DNA from: Rickettsiales bacterium
GTDB lineage: Bacteria > Pseudomonadota > Alphaproteobacteria > Rickettsiales > UBA6187
DNA length: 64,000 nucleotides
Direction of reading: 5' to 3'
NCBI GenBank assembly: GCA_040507985.1
Contig: JBEVNR010000012.1
Location: 32,202 to 96,201, forward strand
Part shown: in pieces, positions 52,246-61,442 of the stretch
Layout: each line of letters opens with the position of its first letter
How positions within the stretch are numbered: the first letter of the stretch is position 1
Made by a program: the position numbers and the translations under genes
The notes under the pieces: generated by a model
What the model saw: only the letters and a program-made list of their open reading frames with translations
The model's database searches: none
Told to the model about the DNA's origin: nothing

Positions 52246-53694
52246 TTATGCATGAGGTCCATTTTTAAGCGCACGCAACGTCTCTTCCACGTCGGAAAAA
52301 TGGCTGCGCGTTCCCATAACTTCCTGATAGTCCTCGTGTCCCTTGCCGGCGATAAGCACGGCGTCGCCCGGTTTGGCGCACTTTACCGCCTGCGCGATGG
52401 CGGCGCGGCGGTCGCCGATTTCGCGCGTTTTGGACGGATCGCATCCCGCGAGCACCTCAGCCCGAATCGCTTCCGGAGCTTCGCTGCGCGGATTGTCGTC
52501 GGTCACGATAATCGCATCAGCCAATCTCGACGCAATCTGGCCCATTATCGGACGTTTTCCGGCGTCGCGATCGCCGCCGCACCCGAAAACCACGACGACG
52601 CTTCCTTGCGTCGCGCGACGCAGTCCGGCAAGGGCGTTTTCAAGCGCGTCCGGCGTATGGGCGTAATCGACGTAAAACGCGGCGCCGTCCTGCACGGCCA
52701 CGCATTGCATGCGCCCCGGTACGTCCGGTACGCTCGCCAAGGCGGCGACGGCCTCTTCCATCGAGCCGTCTTTCACATATGTAAACGCGCATAGCGCATA
52801 CAGGGCGTTTCTGCATTGAAATTCGCCCCGCAGCCGCATGCGCGCGCCATATTCCTTGCCTTTATACGCAAAGCGCATTTCTTGCGTCGCTCCTTCCGTG
52901 CGCATGGAGATAAGTCGGCAATCGGCGCCTGACGCTTCGCCGACGGAAATAATCGGCGCGTTTTTTTCCTTCGCAACGCGTTGAAGGCGGGAGAAATAGG
53001 GGGAATCCGCGTTCGCGATCATAGGGGCGCCGGGTTCGAGCAGATCGAACAACAGGCATTTAGCGGCGAAATATGCATCGAAATTTTTATGATAGTCCAG
53101 ATGGTCTTGCGTTAAGTTGGTGAACATGCCGAGGGCGAAGCGGCAACCGGCGACGCGCCGCTGCTGCAACCCATGGCTTGAGGCTTCGATGACGGCACGA
53201 ACGGCGCCCTCCTCGCCGGCTCTTTTAAAAGCCTTATGCAGACTCGCGGCGTCCGGCGTGGTGAGGGGCACGTCAACGCGGGCCTCGCCGCCATCGTTTA
53301 TCACGCCGAGCGTGCCGACGCTCACGGCTTTTTTCCCGGTTCTTTCCCACAATTCCCGCAAAATCCACGTCACGGAGGTTTTGCCGTTGGTGCCGGTGAC
53401 GGCCACTTTTTTCTCGATGGCGTCGGCATAGAAAAAAGCGCAGGAACGGGCGAACGCGCCGGCCAAATCGTCGCATCGGTAGTAAGCGACGCCGGGAGCG
53501 CGCTTTTCCTCCGGCAGCTTTTCGAACGAAATGACGGCTTTTACGCCCTTGGACAATCCGTCCGCGACATAGCGCGGATCGAACGCGAACAAGGCGTCGC
53601 CTTTTTGCGCCAGCCGAGAATCCCGCGCGACGCCGGCAAGCAATATGGGCGATGCGCCGGCGTATAGCTCTCCGAAATAATCGCCCCATTCCAT
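52246..53694 (-). CDS. murE: UDP-N-acetylmuramoyl-tripeptide synthetase (DAP-adding)
   Basis: VTGTNGKTS, LTTPD, EASSHGL, TNLTQDHLDYH, DYAHTPD, DNPR, AGKGHE. Confidence 0.96.
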   Translation of the reverse strand: MEWGDYFGELYAGASPILLAGVARDSRLAQKGDALFAFDPRYVADGLSKGVKAVISFEKLPEEKRAPGVAYYRCDDLAGAFARSCAFFYADAIEKKVAVTGTNGKTSVTWILRELWERTGKKAVSVGTLGVINDGGEARVDVPLTTPDAASLHKAFKRAGEEGAVRAVIEASSHGLQQRRVAGCRFALGMFTNLTQDHLDYHKNFDAYFAAKCLLFDLLEPGAPMIANADSPYFSRLQRVAKEKNAPIISVGEASGADCRLISMRTEGATQEMRFAYKGKEYGARMRLRGEFQCRNALYALCAFTYVKDGSMEEAVAALASVPDVPGRMQCVAVQDGAAFYVDYAHTPDALENALAGLRRATQGSVVVVFGCGGDRDAGKRPIMGQIASRLADAIIVTDDNPRSEAPEAIRAEVLAGCDPSKTREIGDRRAAIAQAVKCAKPGDAVLIAGKGHEDYQEVMGTRSHFSDVEETLRALKNGPHA

Positions 53695-53699
53695 ACGGA

Positions 53700-53981
53700 T
53701 TATCCCTTGAAATGCTCAAAAATCGTCCATCCTCCGATAAGCACGAAACCGATTCCGGCGAACAGCTTCAGCGGAATCGCCTCAAGATATTTCGCCGCAA
53801 ACGCTCCCAGCAAGACGGCCACGGCGGTAGAGGCGATCAGCGCCGCCGACGCGGCGGCAAACACGACCCACGGATTGTTTTTACCCTCCGACGCGAAAAG
53901 CACGGTGGCAAGTTGCGTCTTATCGCCAAGCTCCGCGAAAAAAATCGTTAAAAAAATGGCAAAAACGGCGGGGACATGCAT
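53700..53981 (-). CDS. TMEM165/GDT1 (UPF0016) family protein, single-repeat form
   Basis: AELGDKTQLA motif, three hydrophobic helices, 93 aa. Confidence 0.9.
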   Translation of the reverse strand: MHVPAVFAIFLTIFFAELGDKTQLATVLFASEGKNNPWVVFAAASAALIASTAVAVLLGAFAAKYLEAIPLKLFAGIGFVLIGGWTIFEHFKG

Positions 53982-54075
53982 GAAAAAGATAATTTTTTGT
54001 TATATTCTTCAGCAACTATATGCTAAAACCAACTAAGGAAGCAAGCCTATATCCGTTTAAAGCCTGTTTTGCATC

Positions 54076-55635
54076 ATGAGGCGTCGCGCCATGAACGACA
54101 CGACCATATTGCTCACCGTTCGGCAAGAGCGCTCCGGAGACGTGCCGGGCGTGCTTGACCTTAACCGCCGCGTCTACGGGCCTGAGGGCTTAAGCGAGGA
54201 AATGTTCATCGGCCAGCTGGCGAACTTCCCCGAAGGCCAATTCGTGGCCGAATATAACGGAAAGATCGTCGGCTATTGCGCCACGTTCGTCACGAGCGGG
54301 GGCGTCGCCCTCAAGCCCCATAATTGGGAGCGCATTACCGGCCATGGCTTCGCCTCGCGGCACGATCGGGAGGGGGATTACCTCTACGGCATGGAAATTT
54401 GCGTCGATCCGGAATATCGCCGCCTGCGCATCGGCCAACGCCTCTACGACGTGCGGAAACGCTTGTGCGAGGAAATGCGCCTGAAAGGCATCGTCTTCGG
54501 CGGACGCATGCCGAACCTCTCGAAACGCATCAAGCGTTTCGGCACGCCGGAAAATTACTTAGAAGCCGTGAAAGAGCGCAAGATCAACGATCCGGTGGTG
54601 AATTTTCAGCTACGCAACGGTTTCGAGATCATCGGATTGCTGAAAAATTACGATCCGAACGACAAGGAGTCGCTCGGCTACGCCACGCATATGGTGTGGC
54701 ATAACCCGGTGGTGGAGCCGGACGAGCGCAAGAAAAAATTGTGGGACAGGCGCAAGCACCCGCCGGTGCGCATTGCGTCGGTGCAATACCAGGCGCGGAA
54801 GGTCGATTCTTTTTCCGACTTTACCAAACAGGTGGAATATTTCGTCGACGTGGCGGCGGAATACCGATCGGATTTCGTCGTGTTTCCCGAAATGTTCACC
54901 CTGCCGTTGCTCTCCATCCAAAACAAGCCGCTCTCGCCGGAAGAGTCCATCGCCAAAATCACGGAATATACCGACGATTACGTAAGCTTCATGCAAAATT
55001 TGGCGGTGTCGTACAACATTAACGTCGTCGGCGGCTCGCATCCCACCAAAAACGACAAAGGTGACCTGGAAAACGTCGCCTACGTGTTTTTGCGCGACGG
55101 CGCCGTCCATACCCAGCCGAAATTGCACCCAACGCCGCACGAGCGCTATTGGTGGAACATTAAGGGCGGCAACGTGCTCAAAGCCATCGCCACCGATTGC
55201 GGATCGATCGGTGTGATGACGTGCTACGATTCGGAATTTCCCGAAACGGCGCGCCATCTGGCCGACCAAGGGGCCAAAATTCTCTTCGTGCCGTTCTGCA
55301 CCGACGAGCGGCAAGGCCATTTGCGGGTGCGCTATTGTTGTCAGGCGCGGGCGGTGGAAAACCAGATATACGTCGTCACCTCCGGCATCGTCGGGAATTT
55401 GCCGGACGTCGAAAACATGAACGTCCATTACGCCCAAAGCGGCATTTACACGCCGTGCGACTTCCCCTTCGCGCGCGACGGCGTGGCGGCGCTCGCCGAC
55501 TCGAACACCGAGACGATCATCTTCGCCGATCTGGACCTGGAGCAGCTCACCGTCAGCCGAAACTCCGGCACGGTGCAGAATTGGCAGGACCGTCGGTTCG
55601 ATTTATATAAAGTGGCGTGGAAGAAGCGGCAGTGA
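54076..55635 (+). CDS. GNAT acetyltransferase / carbon-nitrogen hydrolase fusion
   Basis: N-terminal FPEGQFV and VDPEYRRLRIGQRLY; C-terminal triad VFPE, KLHPTP, CYDSEFPE. Alternative start 54091. Confidence 0.92.
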   Translation: MRRRAMNDTTILLTVRQERSGDVPGVLDLNRRVYGPEGLSEEMFIGQLANFPEGQFVAEYNGKIVGYCATFVTSGGVALKPHNWERITGHGFASRHDREGDYLYGMEICVDPEYRRLRIGQRLYDVRKRLCEEMRLKGIVFGGRMPNLSKRIKRFGTPENYLEAVKERKINDPVVNFQLRNGFEIIGLLKNYDPNDKESLGYATHMVWHNPVVEPDERKKKLWDRRKHPPVRIASVQYQARKVDSFSDFTKQVEYFVDVAAEYRSDFVVFPEMFTLPLLSIQNKPLSPEESIAKITEYTDDYVSFMQNLAVSYNINVVGGSHPTKNDKGDLENVAYVFLRDGAVHTQPKLHPTPHERYWWNIKGGNVLKAIATDCGSIGVMTCYDSEFPETARHLADQGAKILFVPFCTDERQGHLRVRYCCQARAVENQIYVVTSGIVGNLPDVENMNVHYAQSGIYTPCDFPFARDGVAALADSNTETIIFADLDLEQLTVSRNSGTVQNWQDRRFDLYKVAWKKRQ

Positions 55636-55913
55636 CAATCTATTTTTCTCTAAGAACCGCTCTTATCGTCGTCGCCTGCGCCAACCTGCTGGCGTTCGCC
55701 TTATGCGCGCTGGACAAAAGCGCGGCGCGGCGCGGCGCGCCGCGCATTCCGGAGGCAATGTTCTTTACCCTCGCGCTCGCCGGCGGATGGCCTCTGCTGC
55801 TTGTCGCCATGCGCATGTTTCGGCATAAAACGGCGAAAACGTCGTTTAAGATGCGCGTCTATCTGGCGGTGATCTGCGACCTTATATTAGCGGCGTACGT
55901 GATTTTTTTATAA
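55632..55913 (+). CDS. DUF1294 family membrane protein
   Basis: DKSAARRG, RIPE, GGWP, FRHKTAK. GTGA overlap with the upstream stop. Confidence 0.88.
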   Translation: MTIYFSLRTALIVVACANLLAFALCALDKSAARRGAPRIPEAMFFTLALAGGWPLLLVAMRMFRHKTAKTSFKMRVYLAVICDLILAAYVIFL

Positions 55914-56012
55914 TTTTATTTTTAAAACGACGAGAAATAACTGCCATGATAACGCCGATAAAAGAAATATAAAAAATTTCTCGACGCCCGCGCCGAGGCA
56001 ACAGAAAAGCGC

Positions 56013-57251
56013 TTAATTCGATGTGAAAAAATATGGATTGACGCGAATTTTTACGTCAAGAGACGAGCGCGTTAGACGGACGGCACATGATATGTCCGAT
56101 CCATTATGAGCCGAAATAACGGAGATATCGTCAAAAAATCGAGCTTGATATCGTTCTTTCGGGGTCAATATGTGGGGAGATGTAAGCGCGTTCACCGTCG
56201 TGACGAGATCGCGGTATAATTCGGAATTGAGATTATCGCACAACGATTGTATCTGCGTTGCCATTTCTTCCAAACATTTTTTCGTATCTGCGTCAAGCGC
56301 TTCCCATATCATGACCTTCTTAAGCGAAGAAAAGATTTCCGACAATATCCGTTCGGGATGACAGGTCATTCTCACCTGCACCGTATCTTCTTGGATCTGC
56401 GTTTCCGTCTTGCGCAATTGTTCCGCAAAAGGAATGGAACCGCCAGTCTGAATCGCGTGGGCGAAAATAAGGGCATAAAGAACGTTCAGAGCGGGAAGGA
56501 AGCGCGTATCGTGATAACCAAATTGTTTCGCGCACAGCATATGGCAGCGCCGCACGGCGGCGTATACGGTTCCGAGCGACCTCTCTTCGACCGTCCACCC
56601 GTCATACTCGAATACGATAAGCAAAAACTCCGTACACGCAATGACGAGATCGCTCGCGTCGCGTTGCCGAACAGGAGAATCTGCGATTTTTTTCAACGCA
56701 GCTTGCAATCCGTTGCACGGTTTTTGCATATATGCCGTTTCGTTGCCGGAAATGTTTAACAGGCTTATTTCACCAACGATATTTGCCATCCGCTCGCGTA
56801 GCTCGGGGTATTCACTTTTAAAAACAACGTGAGGGGCGATAGACTCGAAGCCGCGCCAAAGAATCCATTCGGGTTCGTTTTCTTGATCGCCCCGGGTGTT
56901 GCTTGCCGCCAATTGCTCTTCGACTTCCACAATTTTAGCTGCAAAATCGGCGCTTGCGTCGGCAAACAATTTGCGCAAGAAAATGTCATTAAAGTATTTC
57001 GTTAATATGGTAGTGAATTCGCTTTCTGTATTGGCGCTTTTGCCAAAACGCGTTTCGCATAAGGCATGGAAATGTTTAGCCGCAGCGTATAATGCGATAA
57101 GCAACCCGTCGGTGAAAATAACGGTATCTTTTGATTTTTCCAATGCGAATACGTCTAGAAAAAAGTCCAGGCATTTCGAAATCAAGAGATCAAGTCTTTC
57201 TTTTTGATCTTTCGGCGGATGGGCGTCGAAGGAAGACAAGGCATCCACCAT
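56013..57251 (-). CDS. Orphan helical protein with an internal two-fold duplication (412 aa)
   Basis: Long ATG-started ORF whose two halves align by eye (see findings). Confidence 0.75.
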   Translation of the reverse strand: MVDALSSFDAHPPKDQKERLDLLISKCLDFFLDVFALEKSKDTVIFTDGLLIALYAAAKHFHALCETRFGKSANTESEFTTILTKYFNDIFLRKLFADASADFAAKIVEVEEQLAASNTRGDQENEPEWILWRGFESIAPHVVFKSEYPELRERMANIVGEISLLNISGNETAYMQKPCNGLQAALKKIADSPVRQRDASDLVIACTEFLLIVFEYDGWTVEERSLGTVYAAVRRCHMLCAKQFGYHDTRFLPALNVLYALIFAHAIQTGGSIPFAEQLRKTETQIQEDTVQVRMTCHPERILSEIFSSLKKVMIWEALDADTKKCLEEMATQIQSLCDNLNSELYRDLVTTVNALTSPHILTPKERYQARFFDDISVISAHNGSDISCAVRLTRSSLDVKIRVNPYFFTSN

Positions 57252-57607
57252 GGCGACGAATTACGATCGGAGCAATCAAGGATATGCAAAAACGATATAC
57301 GCAACGAGCGAGCGGAAGGCTGAGCTCAAAATTGTATGATTGGCAATTAATAATGGTTGCTAGCCGTTTTGTCAAGAGGCGCGATGCGCGGGACCGGAGA
57401 CTTCTTTTTTAAAAAAAATAGATGCGTTGCGTCGTCCGTCGTTACGTTTTGTTATAGGATTAGGCGGAAAATAAAAAGAGGAAATGCGTTAAACTATCCA
57501 AAAAATAGAAGATTGATATTATATTTCATTATTATTTAATATCAATTCTTTATGTTCTTTTGATGCGTCGGCAAGAAGTAAGGAAGAATAAGGGGAAGAG
57601 GCGGCAT

Positions 57608-57937
57608 ATGGCAAAATGTTTGATTATCGCGGCGGACGAATATATCCGCGACTCGGTGGCCGACATGACGGAAGGGTGCGGTTTTGAATGCCGCACCGCC
57701 GAAAATTCCATTCACGGGCTTATCGCCTGTTCCGAACGCATGCCCGACGTCATTATTATCAACTGTATGTTGCCGGACATGAACGGCATTGAGTTTTTCG
57801 AGATATTGCGCGGCATGCCGGGAGGAAGGCGCCCATTCGTGATTTTATGTTCCGACATTCAAATGCGTTCCGGAAAGGGTGCGGCAAAATATTTAGAGTC
57901 GCTTCGCGACAGCGTCGTTCGGGCGGCGTTCGCCTAG
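57608..57937 (+). CDS. Single-domain pseudo-receiver (CheY-like) protein
   Basis: CLIIAADE, PDVIIINCMLPDMNGIEF receiver-fold motifs; phospho-acceptor Asp replaced by Asn. Confidence 0.75.
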   Translation: MAKCLIIAADEYIRDSVADMTEGCGFECRTAENSIHGLIACSERMPDVIIINCMLPDMNGIEFFEILRGMPGGRRPFVILCSDIQMRSGKGAAKYLESLRDSVVRAAFA

Positions 57938-58219
57938 GTTAACGCGCAAAGTTCATTTTTATAAAAAATATTTTTTTTTGCGCAAGGTAAGTGTCTGTGG
58001 AACGTCGCCTTAGACCGGCTAGGGCGCGCTTCCGAAGAAACGTCAAAAAAGCGACGAGGCGCTTTCATGGGGAAGAATGGAAGCGTAATTAAATAATTAC
58101 GCGGTGCGCCATAGCGATACATAACTAACTATACGTGACCGAAATGACTGTATGAGGAAATTTCGAGATGTGCTTGGCGACGAAGAGCGGACGTTTGGAG
58201 GTGCGGCGGGGGTTTAGTT

Positions 58220-59440
58220 TTAGAAGAAGTATCCTTCGAGATGTTGTTGATTAGAGGGAACGGACTGCTGATTAGGAATCCAGCCACAATCCGTTCCGTT
58301 GAATATCTGCACAACAACTTCATCCTCCCCTAGTGGTTGGTGAATATCGCTATAATTAGCGGGCATGGTAGCAGATCTTTGCTTAGGCCGATACACATCA
58401 GGCGACAACATCTGACTACCACGCGTTGCCATTGATATTCCGGTAGGGGATGCAACCGGCGGGGGGAAAGCCGGTTGTTGATTTTCTCCCTTCATAACGA
58501 GTTTGGTATCGGTATAGGATCGCACAAGGGGTGGGTGCGGCCGCACATTTTGATATGTATCCCCGTTCTTCGGAGGCACAGCAGGCCGCATATCTGCTTG
58601 AAGTTTACCACCAACGCGATTCGAATCATGCATATTGGAATCGAAAGCGGTCGATGGTAACATAGAATGTAGCTTGAACGATGAAGGAGAACGTATCGCC
58701 TCGGGAGAAGGCAGGGAAGTCAAACTATTGTACGACGCTTCCCCAATCAAGTTTGATTGAGACTGCGATTGGCTATCCAAAGCAATACGTATTGTCCTGT
58801 CACGGTGAAGATGTTTATCAAGCCAATCTCCTATCTTATCGCACCAACTATCTTTTTCGGGTTGATGGGATAGACGATGCTTCTTCATATCCTTCAGTTC
58901 CGTCACTTTAGGTAATGAGCTGCATTTACGAATTGCCTGAAGGCGGCTGCGCAGACGCAGGTTGCGACGAGAACTCGTAAAAAACATCAGCGACCACAAT
59001 GCGATTCCTGCAAATATACACCCGAAGCAAGTTACCGGCGACCACTCGGGCAATAGAGTAAGACCGATAAACAAACCTGAGGTCACGTTTCCGACGTTCG
59101 CCATCGCGGCCGTGTCGCCGGAGACATATTCCTCATGCCACGTTGCTACCCGAGAGGGTGACAACTGATCGCGTTGCAAGATATGTGTAACATAAAAACT
59201 GCGCGCATTGTCGTACCAGTAGATCGATTGGGTAAGGATAAAACCCAGGATCAATATGACGCAGTAAAAGATCATCGTGCGTTTAGCATTTCCTTCGGTA
59301 TGCGCCATGATTATGAAGACAAGAACAAAGATAAACGCCCACCACAAAACGCTAAACAATGCGTGGGAAATGCGCTTTACTTTTTCGCTCGTCGATTCAT
59401 ATCCAGAAAAGGCGCTGAGATATTTTCTTTGTGCTTTCAT
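58220..59440 (-). CDS. Orphan membrane protein: four hydrophobic segments and a long Ser/Pro-rich tail
   Basis: Long ORF in atypical-composition DNA. ATG at 59440; frame open to TTG 59575. Confidence 0.7.
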   Translation of the reverse strand: MKAQRKYLSAFSGYESTSEKVKRISHALFSVLWWAFIFVLVFIIMAHTEGNAKRTMIFYCVILILGFILTQSIYWYDNARSFYVTHILQRDQLSPSRVATWHEEYVSGDTAAMANVGNVTSGLFIGLTLLPEWSPVTCFGCIFAGIALWSLMFFTSSRRNLRLRSRLQAIRKCSSLPKVTELKDMKKHRLSHQPEKDSWCDKIGDWLDKHLHRDRTIRIALDSQSQSQSNLIGEASYNSLTSLPSPEAIRSPSSFKLHSMLPSTAFDSNMHDSNRVGGKLQADMRPAVPPKNGDTYQNVRPHPPLVRSYTDTKLVMKGENQQPAFPPPVASPTGISMATRGSQMLSPDVYRPKQRSATMPANYSDIHQPLGEDEVVVQIFNGTDCGWIPNQQSVPSNQQHLEGYFF

Positions 59441-59679
59441 CGCGTAAGCGAACTCTTGGCGACGGTTGAAGAATGTGCGTGAGTATGGACCGGGTAAGCG
59501 AACAGGCGGTTCAAGGCGAGGAACCGAAAATTTAAGTGGTATTCTTAGTGTATAGGATAAGGTAACAAGAGGCAATTTCTTAATAATATATGTCGCATTT
59601 TTTTAATAATTCATCTTCCGCGGCAGGGCAATGTCATAAATTAACGAGCTAACAATTTGCGCTAAAAATATGAATTTTC

Positions 59680-59842
59680 GTCATTCCCGCGCAGGCGGGA
59701 AAACAAGCGTAGCGCAGTTTCGCCAATCCGGTGTCCTAAAAAACTTGCGTGGGCAGCACACTCAATCTTCGTTAAAGGATTTTGAAATGTGCTTTGCGCA
59801 TAAGTTTATTTTTAAAATCCGGATTGGCGCCTGCGCGAGAAT
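59680..59842. repeat. REP/RPE-like long palindromic element
   Basis: GTCATTCCCGCGCAGGCG...GCCAATCCGG left arm, CCGGATTGGCGCCTGCGCGAGAAT right arm, inner AGCACA/TGTGCT pairing. Confidence 0.75.
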
Positions 59843-60242
59843 AGAAGAATGCATTCAATCATTTTCAGTCGGATTCGCTATACATCTTATTTTTAGCATC
59901 AGGCGGAAACAATGGCGCCGTATCGCCGCGCAAAATTTTCCTGAAAAACAAAAAATAATATAATTTCACTTAATAATAACAACTATAAGTTAAAAAACTT
60001 TAACTTTAAATTGAATATACAAAATGAATTTTAACTTTCTTAAAAAAATTACGGGAAATGTCATTTTTTTATTGATTAACGGAAAATTTAGAAGTATTAA
60101 TTAAATCACCAAACACACTCTCGCGAACGACTGAACAGCTAAACACTCTCAGAAACACCGAGTACAGAAAAGCCAGTCTTTCTTGCTTCATTGTTTTTAG
60201 CCTAAACGCTCCCTATCTCCGTATCTTTGAACCGGTTTCAAG

Positions 60243-61442
60243 ATGCATTTCAGTCAAGCATTTCTTCAAGTTGCCATTCCTTTCCTTCTTCTTGGATCCG
60301 TCGGTGCAGTTCCTGCTCGTGGAAACGGAAACAATGGAAATGGTAACGGGAACAATCGTTCAACTACTTCTTCCGTTCATCCTAGCTCGACTCCGTTGAC
60401 TAGCTCTTCGATTCGTCCTAGCTCCACCCGTCCTGCTTCCAGCTCGACTCCGTTGACTAGCTCGATTCGTCCTAGCTCGACTAGCCTTAGTTCATCGCTG
60501 ATCTCCTCTTCTACTGTTCCTGTACCCACGGGTAAACCTTGGTCTTCCGTATGCAATGGCGTCAAGAATGGTCCTGGCGAGTGTCCTTACACTCCTCTCG
60601 ACACTAAATGGGATCCCACTGACTACGTAATTGTTCAAGATGCTCTCTGGGATCTTTGCAAGCCAAACGGTAAGGCGGAAGATGCTTGGAACAAGCTACA
60701 GAGGCAAGCTACCATCGAACACGATGCACGAGTGAATGTCAATCTAACAATGGAACAATCATCTCGGGATAACGTCACTCTTACAAGAGAGCTAATCCTT
60801 GATGCTGATGAAGATGCTTCCCTTGCTCAACTTGATCGGAACATCACAGCAAAAGAGAATCGTCTAAACGTTCTCGTTGCACTGGTTCCTAAGTGTTATG
60901 CAGACATTCTAATCAGCAACGAATGGAAGAGGCAAAACGAAACTTGTCACCGCGCCTCTATGCTTAATAGCCGAGTCGATGGTTATGTGGAAAGGGCTGA
61001 AGACTCCAACACTAACGCTCAAAAGAGACGGGTATTGCTTGAACGTGCTCATAACGTAAACAAGACGATTTATATGCCCGCTTTGCAAACTTGCCAAAAA
61101 TGGCAGGACAAAGTTGCTGATAAGACAAATGCATGCAACGCCATCAGAAACGAGCGTGACGAATTGGTCCGAGAGATTCCTAAGGAAAAAGCTCTTAGCC
61201 AAGAGCTTCACACACAAGATGCCGTACGTAACGGAAATCTTGTTGAGCTTGGATACAAGGCAGGTAACTCTACTAAAGCGTATCAGGATGCAATTCGCAA
61301 AGCTGACCAAGAAGGTGAAACCTTACGTGATCGCCAATCTAAGTACAATGCCAAGCTTCAAGTTATCAATGATTACTTGTATTGCCCTGCTCAAGCCGTT
61401 ATGCGTTACCTACGTCGCTCAATTCCAGTTATGTTTTTGTAA
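60243..61442 (+). CDS. Secreted Ser/Thr-rich, disulfide-containing coiled-coil protein with eukaryote-like features (399 aa)
   Basis: Signal peptide, Gly/Asn repeat, mucin-like region, 8 Cys, 7 N-x-S/T sequons, many T-ending codons. Confidence 0.85.
   Translation: MHFSQAFLQVAIPFLLLGSVGAVPARGNGNNGNGNGNNRSTTSSVHPSSTPLTSSSIRPSSTRPASSSTPLTSSIRPSSTSLSSSLISSSTVPVPTGKPWSSVCNGVKNGPGECPYTPLDTKWDPTDYVIVQDALWDLCKPNGKAEDAWNKLQRQATIEHDARVNVNLTMEQSSRDNVTLTRELILDADEDASLAQLDRNITAKENRLNVLVALVPKCYADILISNEWKRQNETCHRASMLNSRVDGYVERAEDSNTNAQKRRVLLERAHNVNKTIYMPALQTCQKWQDKVADKTNACNAIRNERDELVREIPKEKALSQELHTQDAVRNGNLVELGYKAGNSTKAYQDAIRKADQEGETLRDRQSKYNAKLQVINDYLYCPAQAVMRYLRRSIPVMFL
60381..60484 (+). repeat. Intragenic duplication encoding SSTPLTSS(S)IRPSST twice
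   Basis: AGCTCGACTCCGTTGACTAGCTC occurs at 60384 and 60441, each followed by GATTCGTCCTAGCTC (after an extra TTC in the first copy). Confidence 0.9.

Noticed and set aside
56013-58240. YFF near the C-termini of two orphan proteins as a shared secretion signal
   Set aside because: Only two instances at different offsets; not distinguishable from chance.
58129-58323. Overlapping alternate-frame ORF suggesting a frameshifted 3' end of the 58220 gene
   Set aside because: No slippery site recognised and no homolog to define the true end.
60161-60200. GT...TTTTTAG intron-like stretch in the leader of the eukaryote-like gene
   Set aside because: Too short and common to support without transcript data.
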